From assembly GCF_009914755.1 (NCBI RefSeq), contig NC_060937.1: 64,000 nucleotides of DNA, one strand, 5' to 3'. Below are positions 42,800 through 58,938 of this stretch, piece by piece; positions within the stretch are counted from its first letter, which is position 1, and the number at the start of each line of letters is the position of its first letter. The stretch comes from the human T2T-CHM13v2.0 reference genome, Homo sapiens. The notes under the pieces were generated by a model, which was not told the DNA's origin, searched no databases, and worked only from the letters and a program-made list of their open reading frames with translations. The translations under genes and the position numbers were made by a program.

Positions 42800-44260
42800 T
42801 TTTGGAAAATGTGGTTTCAACATGATGAAATAAAGAATTCCCTGCCCCTTTATTATTCTTAAAATCAACCAGAATTGTAAGGAAAATCACAAACAAAACC
42901 TCTTATCTTCAGATAAAACTTGTCACCAAAAAATGACAATGTATAAGGTTTAAGTGTATTTTTAATCACTTGTTTTCTAACAAAAACTGAGCCAAAAAAT
43001 TGAGGATCCTAAATAAGCAGAAAAGAATGATAACTGAGAAAATCCAATAGTAGTATCATAGAACAGATTGGCACTTGTTACCATTGTGTAATCTAGTAGG
43101 TTTGATGAAACAAGAAAATTAAAATAGGGGGACTAGGTTAAAACTCTGTTTAAAAGGGTAATTTTATGTGGCGTTCCTCATCCCAGCAGCCAATCTGCTC
43201 CTTCCAGGAGCACAGATTTTCAGAAAGTCTATTATCTGTAGACATTAAACTCCAGACTCTAGATTTAGCAACATCATGCACGTTTGAATGAATACTGGTA
43301 TCAGGCATTACTGAATGTAAAGACTCCCAAACTCTCTTCACCTTTCCAGCACCATAGAACTGACAGACAAAATTTTCCAGGTAAGAATTTCGCTGAGATT
43401 TTACTTAAGAGAAACTGTATCATATGGAGAAACTGCCTAAAAATAATGGTATAGGCAGATTCTCTGAGAAACCTAATGTCTCTCCCTTCAGTATATTTTA
43501 TTCTTTGAAAGTATCATACATGCTTAGACAATTTCCAGTAAAAGTTTTAGGGACTATTAAATACAAAAGGATAACAAAACATCACCCAAATTTTGAGGGA
43601 ATCTCCCAATATGAAAGAATGACACTGGAAACTAACAAACACACACAAATTTTAAAAGGTAATTTATTGGGAACAGAAGTGAAGAAGCTAAAGAGCAATT
43701 CAAAGTAACTATATTCAGAAAGATAATAGAATAAATTGTACTCATGAAACAAGATCGAGAGACTTCCTTCAAAAAACAAAAATCAGAATATAAGGAATAC
43801 CTTCTATAAACAAATAAATAATATTGCTGGTTCGGTAGGTAAATTTTTAAAATATTCCAAGACTGTAGAACAAAAATGAACAAATATGGAAAATAAGGAC
43901 AAACTTGTATAAAATTAAATGGTTAATTCATACGATCAACCTTTAACCTAATAAAAGTTTCAGAATGATAAATGAAGAAAAATTACAGAAGACAAATTAT
44001 TCAATAAACAAAAGTGTAAACGGCAGTTTCTGGCACTTTGTTCCATAAAAAATTGCCCTCTGGATGTGTAGCACAATTAATTAAAAACACAACCACAGTG
44101 AGATAAATATCTTCATTTAATGCCAAAGCACCTTCTTAATAAAGAGTATCCACTGGAAAATACAACTAACATAAAATTAGCAGGAATAAAATAGCATTAA
44201 AGTTCTCAATAGCCAATGAAATGTAGAAAACAATAATGATGAGTCAAAATTCAGACAATT
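42800..44260 (+). mobile_element. Ancient L1ME/HAL1-like 5'/ORF1 remnant
   Basis: A-rich ORF1-like texture: 'catcacccaaattttgagggaa...catgaaacaaga...taataaaagtttcagaa'. Confidence 0.5.
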
Positions 44261-44721
44261 TAAAATGATAGTTTATTAAAAATTTGTATTTACCATAATA
44301 TAAAGTTAATTGATAATTTCCAAAATTTAAGAGTCAACAGAAATCAGTTTACTAATAGTGTTTTACCCAGGATATCTTTTTTCTTTTTACATTTCATGTT
44401 GTATACTTGATCCATAGATCCCAGGTCTGCCTCTTTTCTGCTTTTTAATTTTGTTACATCTTCAATTTTCTTCCTCAAATAAGATGCACTGGGAATATGT
44501 TTTTTGAGACTTTACTTGTTTAAATATTTTTCACCACTCATATTTTTTTAAGAGTTTGGCTGGGAACAGAAACAGCTAAAAAGTGTGAAAATGATGATGG
44601 AAGAGCATGTGATTTCACTTTCTTAAAAGAAATTGTTTAGCTCTCTTTGATTGACTTAACTATGATTATATAGCAGGTTAATACAAAATAACAATTACAA
44701 TTGAAATAAAATGTTAAATGC

Positions 44722-44805
44722 TTTCACCATGTTGGCCAGGCTGATCTGAAACTCCTGACCTCAAGTGATCCTCCCGTCTTGGCCTCCAGAAGTGCTGGGA
44801 TTACA
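44722..44805 (-). mobile_element. Internal Alu left-arm fragment (84 bp, no tail, no TSD)
   Basis: 'tttcaccatgttggccaggctg...ctcctgacctcaagtgatcc...gtgctgggattaca'. Confidence 0.93.
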
Positions 44806-45168
44806 TTCATAATCCCTGAATATCTGGAGTTGTAGAAAATGCTTCCACTGGTATGCTATATCAAATTGCATGGTGGCATAAATATTAACTAAAAATGTGC
44901 TATTTTACTTTAAGTTAAACCATTAGTCCAATTTTCTATATAGAAACAATGGGAAAACATGATGCTCCCACTTCAATATGAAAGTAATATTAACAGAAAA
45001 ATTTAATTAATTATTTATTCTTTTAGAAATTTTTTTTGAAAAGTAAGTTCTCAGCAACTGCAATCTGTGCAGATTGTACAGTGGTAAGCAAACCTTTCAT
45101 AATCCCTGAATATCTGGAGTTATAGAAAATGCTTCCACTGCTGTGATATATCATATTGCATGGTGGCA
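44806..45168 (+). repeat. 73-bp direct duplication (44806-44878 and 45096-45168)
   Basis: 'ttcataatccctgaatatctggagtt...ttgcatggtggca' twice, 5 mismatches. Confidence 0.95.
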
Positions 45169-45444
45169 ACTTATTGATGCAAGGACAGGACACTCTAATA
45201 TTTGTTTATTTTTCTCCTTGAGTTATTAGTTTTAACTTTTGAAGAGTGACAGTGTGCAGTAGGTGGCTATTAAAAGTTCTATGGTAATAAATAAATGATT
45301 TAGTTAGGTCTCAGAGTGTTTTCAAAACCACAATAGAAAAGAAAAATGCCAGTCACATGTCATCACTTGAATTCAGTCCCATTGGAAGGTTCTTGTCTTT
45401 GCTTCTATTATTAGTGCAGGAAAAATTCTCTACTTATTTAACTA

Positions 45445-45921
45445 CAGGGTAGGCAGATTAGTCCTTAAAGATGCCAAGTCCTAATCTCCAGCACCTGTGC
45501 CTCCATGGAAAAGGAGTTTTTGCAGAAGGAATAAAGGTTAAGAATTTTGAGATGAAAAGATTATACTGAATTATCTGAATAGACTCAATTTAATTTCATG
45601 AGTTCTAAAAAGTAGAAAGCCTCTTGCTGCTGGAAAGATCCAGAGAGATGGCCGTATAAGAACTGGACCTAGTGTTGCTAGCTTTGGAGATGGAGAAAGC
45701 TGGCCAGGATCCAAGGAATGCAGGTATCTTCTAGAAACTAGTAAGGGAATAAATTTACCCTTGAGTTTCTGGAAATAAAGGTAACTATGCTGTCACAAAG
45801 ATTTTAACCCTTTGAGACCCATATCAGACTTTTGACCTATAGAACATAAGATAATAAATTTAAATTGATTTATGCTACTTAATTAGCGAAACTTTGTTAC
45901 AGCAATCAAATAAACTACTAC
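45445..45921 (+). mobile_element. MLT1D-like LTR
   Basis: 'ccttaaagatgccaagtcctaatctcc...ggttaagaattttgagatg...ccaaggaatgcagg...tttgttacagcaat...aactactaca'. Confidence 0.87.
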
Positions 45922-46511
45922 AAACTACTTTGAGACTTTTATAATGTAATCATCATAATACATTTAATATTTCATGTGTTTTTCTCTTAAGTCTCAGAAA
46001 AGAAGAATATATACATTATTGGGCAACTATATTACTCAGGCTGATGAATATCACTGATATTATAGAAATTTTTAAAGTTACTTTGAATTTTACTTCCAGC
46101 TATAGTATACTAGCACACCAATGTTCCTGCTGAAACATCTAGAAGAGCTGAACAAATTACAAAATAAAGTATCTGTAGGCACTGCAGATCTGCTAAGCCA
46201 GATGGACCTTGGAGAGCCAATATCCTAGAGGGAAAAGAAAGTCAACAAGCAAGCCAAAACTTTTATGTCATTCATGTCTTCCTGAGGCATTTTCTCATTA
46301 ATGTTTGATGCGGTTAGAGAAGCTGAGAAGCCATTTAAAAAGTCAATTGTTAAGAGAGATAATGAGTAAGTTTGGTTCCATTTTTCAGGGCTTGGAAGTA
46401 AAAAGATGGAATATAAGGCTAAGAGGAAAACCAGGGCATGAGGAGTCAAGATTCCCAAGGGAATCTCCAGGAATTTAGCCTGGTGTCATATGCTACTTTT
46501 CAGTGCTTAGG

Positions 46512-47558
46512 TGGGGTCTCTGTGTGGGTGCTCCAACCCCACATTTCCCTCCACACTGCCTTGGTAGAGGTTCTCCATGAGGGCTCTGCCCCTGCAGCAG
46601 ACTTCTGGTTGAGTATCCAGGCTTTTCCATCCGTTCTCTGAAATCTAGGCAAAAACTGCCAAGCTTCAATTCTTCCACTCTGTGCACCTACAGGTTTGAC
46701 GCCATGTAAAAGCCACCAAGGCTTATGGCTTGCACTCTCTGAAGCAGTGGACTGAGCTGTAGCTGGGCCCCTTTGAATCATGGCTGGAGCTGGAGTGGCT
46801 GGGATGTAGGAAGCAGTGTCCTAAGGCTACACTGATTAGCAGAGCCCTGGGACTGTTCCACAAAACCATTCTTCTCTCCTAGGCCTGTGATGGGAGGAAC
46901 TGTGATGAGAAGGTCTCTGAAATGCTTTCAAGGCCTTTTTCCTACTCTCTTGGCTAATAGTATTTGCCTTCCTTTTAGTTATGCAAATCTATGCAACCTG
47001 CTTGAATTCCTCCCCTGAAAATTGGTTTTCTTTTCTAGAGATGGCCTGGCTACAAATTTTCCAAACTTTTATGCTCTGCTTCCCTGTTTTACATAAGCTC
47101 CAGTTTCAGGTCATTTCTTTGCTCGTGCATATAAGCAGAGGTTGTTAAAAACAGCCAGGCTACATCTTGAATGCTTTGCTGCTTATAAATTTCTTACACC
47201 AGATACCCTAAATTGTCACTGTCATGTTCACAGTTCCACAGATCCCTAGGGAAGGGGCACAATGCCTCCAACTTCTTTGCTAATGGATATCAAAAATGAC
47301 CTTTTATCCAGTTCCCATTAAGTTCCTCATCTCCATCTGAGACCACCTCAGGCTGGACTTCATTGTCTATATCACTGTCAGCATTTTGGTCACAACAATT
47401 TAACAAGTCTCTAGGAAGTTCCAAATTTTCCCTCATCTTCCTGTCTTCTTCTGAGCCCTCCACACTCTTCCAACCTCTGCCTATCACCCAGTTCCAAAGC
47501 TGCTTCCGCATTTTCAGGTATCTTTAAAGCAATGCCGCTCTGCTCAGTACCAATTTTC
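46512..47558 (-). mobile_element. MaLR internal region (MST-int), truncated
   Basis: 'ccaaccccacatttccctccacactgcc...gttctccatgagggctctgcccctgcagcag...ccagttccaaagctgcttcc...gtaccaattttc'. Confidence 0.92.
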
Positions 47559-47937
47559 TTAGTACAGTCTCATATTGCTATAAATACCTGAGACTGCATA
47601 ATTTATAAAGAAAACTGGTTTAATTGGCTCACAGTTTGGCAGGCTGCATATTAAGCAAGCCAGCATCAACTCAGCTTCTGGGGAGGCTTCAAGAAACCTA
47701 CAACCATGATGAAAGGCAAAGAGGGACAGAATACCTCACATGGCCAGAGCAGGAGGAAGAAAGAGTAGGGGAAGGTGCCACACACTTTTGAACAACCAGA
47801 TCTCACAAGAACTCAGAACAGTGCCAAGGGGTAACTCCTCCCCAGCAATCCAATCACCTCCGACCAGACCCCACCTCCAAAACGGGGGATACAATTTGAC
47901 ATGGGATTTGGTGGGCATGCAGATCCAAGCCATATCA
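47559..47937 (-). mobile_element. MSTA-like LTR (5' LTR of the truncated MaLR)
   Basis: 'tacctgagactgcataatttataaagaaaa...cttctggggaggc...ccaatcacctcc...cagatccaagccatatca'. Confidence 0.92.
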
Positions 47938-48962
47938 AATATCTTCTTTATTAGTTCTATAAGTTCATTTATATGTTTATTGTTCTAATCAGAAAAAGGT
48001 TCAAATTTAATGGTATAGATATTTATAAACTTTGAATATGGGTTCATTGAAGTAGAAATTTTTTATTAAACACCCTGGTACAAAACAGAGTTTTGCTCAT
48101 TCTCTGTTATTTGGGAGTTAAATTCTTTTGATGTAAATTTTTTTCTCCTAATCTAGGCAATTGATGACGATAACATGAAATAAGAACATATTTTCAGTTA
48201 TAATTTTGTGTAAAAAGGGTCTTTAGAGATATGAACAAAATCAGAAAACATGTTTTGCTTATTCCAATTTTACTCTATTTCAAAAACTGTTTAATAGGTG
48301 AAATTTAAAAGCAACATTAATGCATGCTTAAAACAGCACATTGTACTTCATAAGTATGTACAATTATAATTTTTCAGCAAAATACTATAACTGATAAATT
48401 ATAATAAATTAGCAAAATTTAAATTTAAAAAATTCAAGTATTTATTTGCCTCATAAACTAGCCTCAACTAAATTAGAATAAAACTTGATGTTTATGATTC
48501 TATAAAGGAACCACATGCTTTGATAGATTTAATATTGTTTTGCTGCATATATGGATATTTATTTGCTATAAAATGTATAGGATAAAATTGTCATCATGAC
48601 CTTAACAGCCTCAAATCTATACATATAATTTAAACATTTGTTATAATGATGAATAATTATATTATTAAATAGATTTATTTTTGAAATATAACGATTACTG
48701 AATTAAGTTAAAATAATGCTTATATTTTGATATAATAATCATAAAGAAAGTAGAAGCTATTTTATTTTGTTAAAGTGAAGATATTTACTCCTTCTAGTTC
48801 AGCTTCATCAATTCCAGCATCATACTCCTGAAAAGGCACAAGAAAACTAAAATTAGATCTTTTCTGCTCCAACAGGGATAGTGAGACAGTTATTCTGATT
48901 CCTGGTTAATTAGGTTTGCAAACAAGTAAAGAGTCCTAAGTGACATATCAATTTCTCAGTAG

Positions 48963-49298
<336 letters not shown>

Positions 49299-49379
49299 GA
49301 CATTTCTGTTTATAATAAAGTGTTAAATAGGAGTAGGCATTACTCCCCATTTCTGCGCTAAAAGGGAAAGTGTTTTTAT

Positions 49380-51036
49380 TTCACTGGAAAGGGTGGTATT
49401 TGCTGTAAAATAATCGTTTCATACTCTTTAGTACATTGAGTGTTTTCTTCTATTCCTTTTTTGTGAAAAAAATTTTCCCATGAAATAATAGCATATTTTA
49501 TCAAATTATTTTCAATATTATATACTATGTCTCTTTTACCCTGTTAACAGTGCAAATTATATGAAATTGTTGAATTTTTAGATCCTAAATCAACTTTTAT
49601 TCTTACAATCAACCATAAAGTGAGTATTACATTACCATTTTTATCCATTGTCTAGATTCAGAATACTGAGATTTCTTTACTGTTTTTGCACCTATGCTTA
49701 TCAGAAGTAATAGCCAGTGATATTCCTCTGTATGTCCCTGACTGGTTTTAGCAAAAAGGGAATGATGATCTTTTAAAAATATTTAGTATTGTTATATGCA
49801 TAAAACTTTTGTTTGATTAAAAAGTTAAGAATTTGAGTTTTTTTAAGTGAGATGTACAGATTCAATTTTATTTTTTAGTGCCTAAGATGCTGAATATGAT
49901 GCTCTCTTTTACAATCTTAATATTGGTAACTTGTGCTTGGTTTTGCTTATTTGCAAATTTTTTTTCAGTTTCCCTTAAAATATTACAACTCTGATTATTG
50001 ACATTTTTATTGTCTAATTTCTTTGCCAAATTTGTATTTATTGGATGTATTGATAATTATATTGAAATTATAAAAACTATTGATCTGATTGTAGGTTTGT
50101 GTTATGTCTTCTAATTCTCTCAGTGTTTCCTTTATATATGTTGTAGTCATACTATCATGTACATATATTTCTAAAATGACCATTTTATTATTTTGAAATA
50201 ATCCACTTTTATCTAATTGCATTTTTCAGAAAATCTACTATGTTTAATAACAGCTAAGTAAGATTTCTTTTGTTAGTGTTTCTATAACTTTTTTATATTA
50301 TTTGCTCTGTCTTTCTATATAAAGTTTTCCTTTTATGCGTCATATAGTTGAATTTTGTTTTTATCTTATCTGACATTTTTAAAAACTGTAATATGTGACC
50401 TGCTGTGGTCAGAATGTTTTTGTACCCTCCAAAATCAACCCTTTAGGGGTTGAAATTCTATCCTGTAAGGTCATGGTATTCAGAGGTGAAGTCTTTTGGA
50501 AGGTGATCAGGTCATGTGGGTGGAGCCCTCATGAGTAGGATTAGTGCCCTGACACAAACATTGAGAAGGCCCACTCCTATGAACCAGTCAATGGGCCCAC
50601 AACCAGACACGGAGTCTCCCTGCACCTGGATCATGGATTTCTCAGCCTACAGAAATGTGATAATAAAATTCTGGTGCTTTATAAGCTACCTAGTTTATGA
50701 TGCTTTGGTATAGCAGTTTGAGTAAACTAAAAAAAGATCCAATCTTTTTCAAAGTAATTACTGACATTTGCGATTCACATCTAGCATCTTCCTTTGAATA
50801 TTTTCTTTTATTTTGATCTGTCTCGCTATACTTTAAGTTGTTGTTTTTGTTTCCTATTTTCTATTACATTGTTATTATTTCATTTTATTTTTGTTAGTTA
50901 TACATTCTCTTTACAATTCATTGACTATGCTAGAGATTAAAATGTGCATCCTAGACTTACTAAAATCTTATAAAAATGAATAACTTTATGCTGTTCAGAG
51001 AAATGCAAGAATCTTCAAGTACATTAACTCACATTC
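49380..51036 (-). mobile_element. Ancient L1ME/HAL1-like remnants, interrupted by MLT1A and continuing at about 59828-60420 beyond the provirus
   Basis: T-rich antisense L1-like sequence on both sides of the ERV. Confidence 0.55.
50401..50733 (+). mobile_element. MLT1A-like LTR
   Basis: 'tgctgtggtcagaatgtt...ggtcatgtgggtggagccctcatgagtaggattagtgccct...ctcagcctacagaaatgtga...tatagcag'. Confidence 0.88.
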
Positions 51037-52032
<996 letters not shown>

Positions 52033-52362
52033 ATTCCTCATTCTTAAGGAGAAAAGACAGTGGTCTTGTCTTTCACAGCTGCTTCCTGCTGGCCAGGATT
52101 GTCATCCCACCTAATTTTGGAGGTCACACAAAAAAATCTCTTGTTGACTGATTTAATGTTTTATAGGGACTTCATTCCTCCTGGGATGGAAGGGGTTGGA
52201 ATCCCTGCATCACCATCAGCTTGATGTAAAGTATTGAAGCCTAAAAGACAAACTTTAATCATCTGTACCTCTGTTGAATATAAAAAATAATTATTTTAAA
52301 AATTGAATAACACCCAGAAATAGTTAATAAAATATTTAAGCTCAGTTTAACAATGCATATTA

Positions 52363-52679
<317 letters not shown>

Positions 52680-54244
52680 TCAGATGCTATTTGGAAGCTA
52701 AGTGAATAGGCTGGAAAACCAGACTCCTGTTGCCTGCAATATGAAGCTAAGAGTTTTAATAAGAGGCATTTCTATGGGGACAGATGAAAAACAAATGTTA
52801 AAAGTGGACATAATATATTTAGAAGTTAGATTGAAAGCATCTTTAGTTATAGAAGAGGAGGGTGATGACAATGTCCATGTTTTTCTCGCCTCTATTATCA
52901 AGAATAAGTTCAGCTTTCAGAGCCTCAGGAAAATGATAGGAACAATTTCATTAAGTGAGAAAAATAGAATACTTGTAACCTGGAAAAATTTCACGATCCA
53001 GTTAGTAAATAATACAAAACATTAAGAAACAACGGGAAACACTAGACTCTAATAACAGATGTAGTACAGTCTTTATCCAGTCTCTCGTTTTTATCAAAGA
53101 CAAATCATGGTAGAACCAATTTATTTGGAAAGTAAGTTATAGTCTTATTACACTTAGCCTCATTATTTGCATAAATTGCAGCAGCAATAATTATTTTCCA
53201 TATAGCCTTTCTCTGTTTTTTTTTAAATTGCCTTTGCTGGAACATTGTTTCATAAGGAATCTTTATAAATATTAGACTTTATAAAGCCTGAGCCCAGCCA
53301 CAGATTTATCTGTGTCTCTAAATATCTGTATAAATTAGGTGAATTTCTCTCCCCATGAGGTCCCAAGGTAACCTGGGGCTCCTTGATCTATCAGAAAGTG
53401 GCATTCTTTACTTGTCACAGGTCAGAAATTTTGTACAGGACTGTGTAGACAAGGTATGAGGCCAGTTTCTCCAAGAGGCTTTTATCAGCTTTATAAGTCA
53501 ACCTCAATTTTTTCAAAGCAGTCTGAAAGCATGCCACTTCAGTCAAAGCCTTAGTAAAAGCTCCAACTGCCTCCTGTTACAAAATAAAATATATTATTTT
53601 TGCATTTATGCAAACAACTATATTGCCATAAGTTAAGAATACTCACAGATAGTTTTAACATTCTGGATAAATCAGGTAGAGAGAAGGAAACATGCTCCAC
53701 ATTTTGCTTATGGGAGTATTTTACTCCATTTTTAAAAGCTGTAAATAATTTAAAAGGCAAAAATTTTATTTATTCTGAAAAGAAACAGAATCAATAACGT
53801 TTTAAGAAAAAAAGGTCATAAAAATATCATATCAATCTTCTTTCAGTTTAGTTCATGCAATTTACTCCTGCTCTGCTTGATATTTATGAATACATGAACT
53901 TTCTGAGACAGTCTTGGAAGCTTTTCCTTCTATTCTAATGTAACAATCTCTGTAGTTATCGGAGACCTGTATTCAAGAGTACGTTTTTGAGTGCTAACAC
54001 TCATTATACATTGCCGTTTGAAAAGATCAAAACGAAACAACAATTGCCTGTGGATGACAAAAGTCAGAACAGCCTCAGTTAAAGACACAATCAATGAGAA
54101 AATCTGATCATCTCTGTGACACACAATAATTTAACAAAACAATTATAATTATTATTAATATATACTGAGACTTATCAGAATTATAAAAATCTAGTATAAT
54201 TTTGGAATATATATTAGTAACATATTTATATAATTATAATTTAA

Positions 54245-54579
<335 letters not shown>

Positions 54580-57134
54580 TCTGTATGGTTTTAATTCACC
54601 AAATAAGCCTAATATGCGTTTTTTTGACTTCAGAAGAGCTAATACTTAATTTCATACTGGAAAGTTTGTCAAACATCAAAAGTTTTAAAACATTTGATAT
54701 CACAAAATAAAATTCCAGATTACTATTAGTTATTTAATTGGCCAAAATGGTAACTAAAAATTTTAAAAATGAAAAACATTTACTCATTGATAAAGGAGAG
54801 ACCCAAGCTTCCAAACAACAAGACCCAATCGAGACAGCAGGAGGCCAGTTGAATCTATCTGTTCTCTGTCCTTTCTTTTTTTTATAGTTTATTTAAAAGA
54901 CAAACAAAAATTTTTCATTATTTTTAATATTAGCCAAAAATCTTGTTAAAAATAAACAAATGTATCCAATTTTAATTAGTTTAACCATAAGGTAATATTT
55001 CATAATCTACATAACCCTTTACACTTTTCATAAAAAAGTAGATTAATGCTTCACAAGAACCCTGTTTTCAGGTACAGGGGCCCAGATTCTGGGCCAGCAT
55101 TAGTCTGCTTTGTATATTAATGTTCATCCCATAGAAAAACTGAATAATCCCCTTCAAATTTTTGCCAACTTGCTCAAACACAGACCTTCTTTTACAAGAT
55201 TAATCTTTTATAAATTTTTTATGGCTTCCTTAAACCTTCACTATTATCCTTTTAAAAAAGAAACTTAAAACACCCTGAAAACCTCCAAATGAGACAAAAT
55301 TATTTTCTCTTTAAAAACTCATTCCTCATGACTCTTTATAACATTTTAGCAAAAACACATAATTTTTATTTTAGTTAAAAACCTAGGAGAGAAGCAATTT
55401 TAATGATGTACCAGGTGCAGAGGCTAGGACACAGGACAGAACTGTAGATAATATCTGACTGTTTCCAACATACGTAGGGGGCATGGCTCATTCCACATGT
55501 CCCCAGGCCATACTAGAACCTAATGGTTCTTGAGCAGGTAAGATGAACAGTTATCAAAAGTTACAGAAGCAGTTTATAGCCTTAAAGCATTTAGCAAGAC
55601 AGTGTCTGAACTGCCTAATTTATACCAAATGTCTAAATTTTGATGATATTTTTATTTCAATTTACCAACAGTCTTTAATACTGTCTTTATTTACCAGAGA
55701 TTACTAAAGTTACGTCAACTAAAAGATGTTAAAGTTTCTATTTTTCAGACAGAATATTTAACTGCTTCTTTTTAAGCTAATTAATTAGAGATCTTTTATA
55801 TACTTCGGTAGTAAAACATCACATACATAACACCTATAAATACTCGGAAAACAGACAGAAGTAGATTTGGTAGAGTTATAAGATTATTCCCTTGACAGTT
55901 TTTAAGATTTTTTTTTTCAATTTTAGACTATGTACTCTCTTGATTACCCTTTCCCGAATTAAAAAATTGTTAGCTAGGCAACTCCAAATTTCCATTTCTG
56001 AAGGCACAACTCAAGTAAAACAAGATTGAGAATTTATATTTTACTTAAACCAAAATACGTGAGTAAAAGTTCAGGTGAGATGGCCAGGAACAGCACACAT
56101 CCTCACATGTGGAGATTTCTTTAAAGACGTCAATTTTTAAATTTGATTATTGGCTTTAGGGTGGAGCCTTTTCAGAAACAGGGCCAAGAAAGCATGCAGT
56201 TACTATGGCCTAATTGGAAGGCACAGCTAGAAGGCAGGACAGAACCCCCAAAATAAAAGATCTCATTTTTACACTGAATCCTGGGTCCCCTCAAAGAAGG
56301 AAATGCTGTGAGACAACAAATGTTACACTGTTGTTGGACAGTGCAGAATTTTCATGGTTCATTTTATTGTAAGGACATTTCTCCAAGGCTGCTAGACAAT
56401 GCATGCCACTTAGCTTCTTCTGTAATCAGCCCATTTCATATCTTTTAGGTAACTTAAGAGCAGTATTTTTCTTCTTTAAATGTGAAAAAAGGAGTATCAC
56501 CCTGTAGTAATAATCACTCACTTTAAGCAACTGCTATTAGCCATTTAAAAAAGTATATCTCTCCTTTAGCTACTACACATTATGATAATTTTTTTAAAAT
56601 GCAAAGTAATTTTTGGCTCCCCTAAAAGTCAAAAAGATTAGGTATAAGAGGAAAAAGTGACAGATAGGGATAAATACAAAATTAGGCAGAATTCCCCAGA
56701 CTGAGAAGATTTTATAGAAGGAGAACAGGGGCTTTAAAGCAATATCTGTATACATGTAGCCCAAATATCAGCCTTAATTAAGTTGACTTTTAACCACAGA
56801 TCTCTCATAAGAAAAATGCTTTAAAATGTTTTATTACCAGATTTTAACCAGGGCAAACAGGTGATATTTCTGGATTTTGAATTTTTTTTTTCTAACCAAA
56901 GGTAACCTCCCATGTCAAATTAATAAGCCTTAAATAAGGTTATGACTTCACCACTGGTGCATGAGGTATTTTTAGAGGTGGCAAACAGTTTTTACAAGAT
57001 TTAGAATCTCCCTAAAGGTAGCTCAGAGAAGGAAAATTAAAGTCAGGAAGTCAGAATTAGTTCATGGAGAGGAAAAGAATCAATAAATGACAAAGGTCGT
57101 GCAAATATCAAACCAGAAAGCACCCACCACTTAA

Positions 57135-57197
57135 GCCACGGATTGAACCCAAACCTCGGTAATGAAAGGGGAAAGCCCTAGCCACTGAATCACAGCA
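57135..57197 (-). pseudogene. Degenerate tRNA-Glu(TTC)-like sequence inside the provirus
   Basis: Minus strand reads tgctgtgattcagtggctagggctttcccctttcattaccgaggtttgggttcaatccgtggc: D-loop-like 'agtggctagg', anticodon-loop-like 'ctttca' and T-loop/B-box 'ggttcaatcc' at tRNA spacing. Stems are decayed. Confidence 0.6.
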
Positions 57198-57774
57198 TAG
57201 GGCAGTTGTCACTAGATTTTCCAGAAGCAATTTAGAGCAGGCAGTTTTGAGCTTCCAATAGACTTTGACTGCTTAAGAGAATTTTTAAGGCTAGCCATGA
57301 CATTATCATGTGTCCTTTCAGACTGACTGCCTGACATGAACCCCAAAATTCCCATGCTCTGGATTGTGGAGACCAAGAGACAGTACTTCCACATGGCCAC
57401 CAAGTCAAGTTCTCAAGCACATAAAACAAGACGAGAAGGAAACTTCATCCAGTTTTTCTTTCAGGGACCTGCAGCAAAGTTTTTACCCAACTAATGGGTT
57501 GGGCTGGCTCAAACAGTTGGCTTATAGGTATCCTAGGCTTATATTCTATTTTCTCTTACCCCTCTCCATGACAGAGTGACACAGAAAGACAAATTCATAG
57601 CACAAAGTACACTCATTCAATACAGCCTAAGGCTAATCTCATAAATCCTTTTTCCCATTAATGGAAACCTTGCAGAGGAGGCAAACAGTAATTTTTATCG
57701 TTTACTCATCTGGTTTGCACAGAGACTGAGAGGCCAGAAGCCTGACTGGTAAGAAATCTTAACCTCTTTGCTAA

Positions 57775-58226
<452 letters not shown>

Positions 58227-58938
58227 TAGAACCATAAGCAAAAGCCCCTTATTTTTGAAAGATGTCCCCCAACAGGCTGCATGAGGGAATAAGATGTTAA
58301 ATTAAACCTACAAAAAGAAAAAAATTGATTGGGACCTGAACAACGCAAACGTCCCACCCGTGTGCTGTCAACTCTCTCCTCACACAGACAGCACCCAGAG
58401 TCCATAGGTACACATGCTGAAACAGGCAAACAACAGACAAGTCCACAGCCTTCCCTTCCCCTTCTCATCCCTTGTGGGGAAGGGAAGGCCAGTGGAGAAG
58501 TACTTAGAAGACAAAGGAGATGAACAGAGTTTCCCATGAGACCATGGGATGATCAGTCCTGGGAGTTAGCTGTTTCCACCCATTTTACACAAATTCTGTT
58601 CAAGATGAACCAATCAGCTGTTTCAATCCATCCCACGGGATGCCCATTCAGGTAAAGACAATGAAGTTAATGAAAATGGAAGAAGGCAAGAGGGAATAAA
58701 GAAGAAGGATAAAGAAAGACACAACAAATAAGGGACAGGAAGGGAGGCAAAGCTTTGTCTGGGAGATGGCAAAGAGTCTTCAGAAGGCGGGAAGAAAACT
58801 CACTTGTCCCAGCGATAGTGAATCAAAGATTCAGTGTCAGCCTGAAAGGCATCACACCCAGACCCCTGCTGACTCATAAGCCTCTCCTTCAGGGAAGGAA
58901 ATTGTCTCTGGTGTTCTTGCTGCAGTGGCCAGAGAATC

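Noticed and set aside
52702-53025. 107-aa ORF inside the provirus
   Set aside because: Antisense to the element, with no retroviral motif recognised.
58910-58938. Primer-binding site next to the 5' LTR
   Set aside because: A TGG-initiated stretch is present on the minus strand but too degenerate to assign a tRNA.
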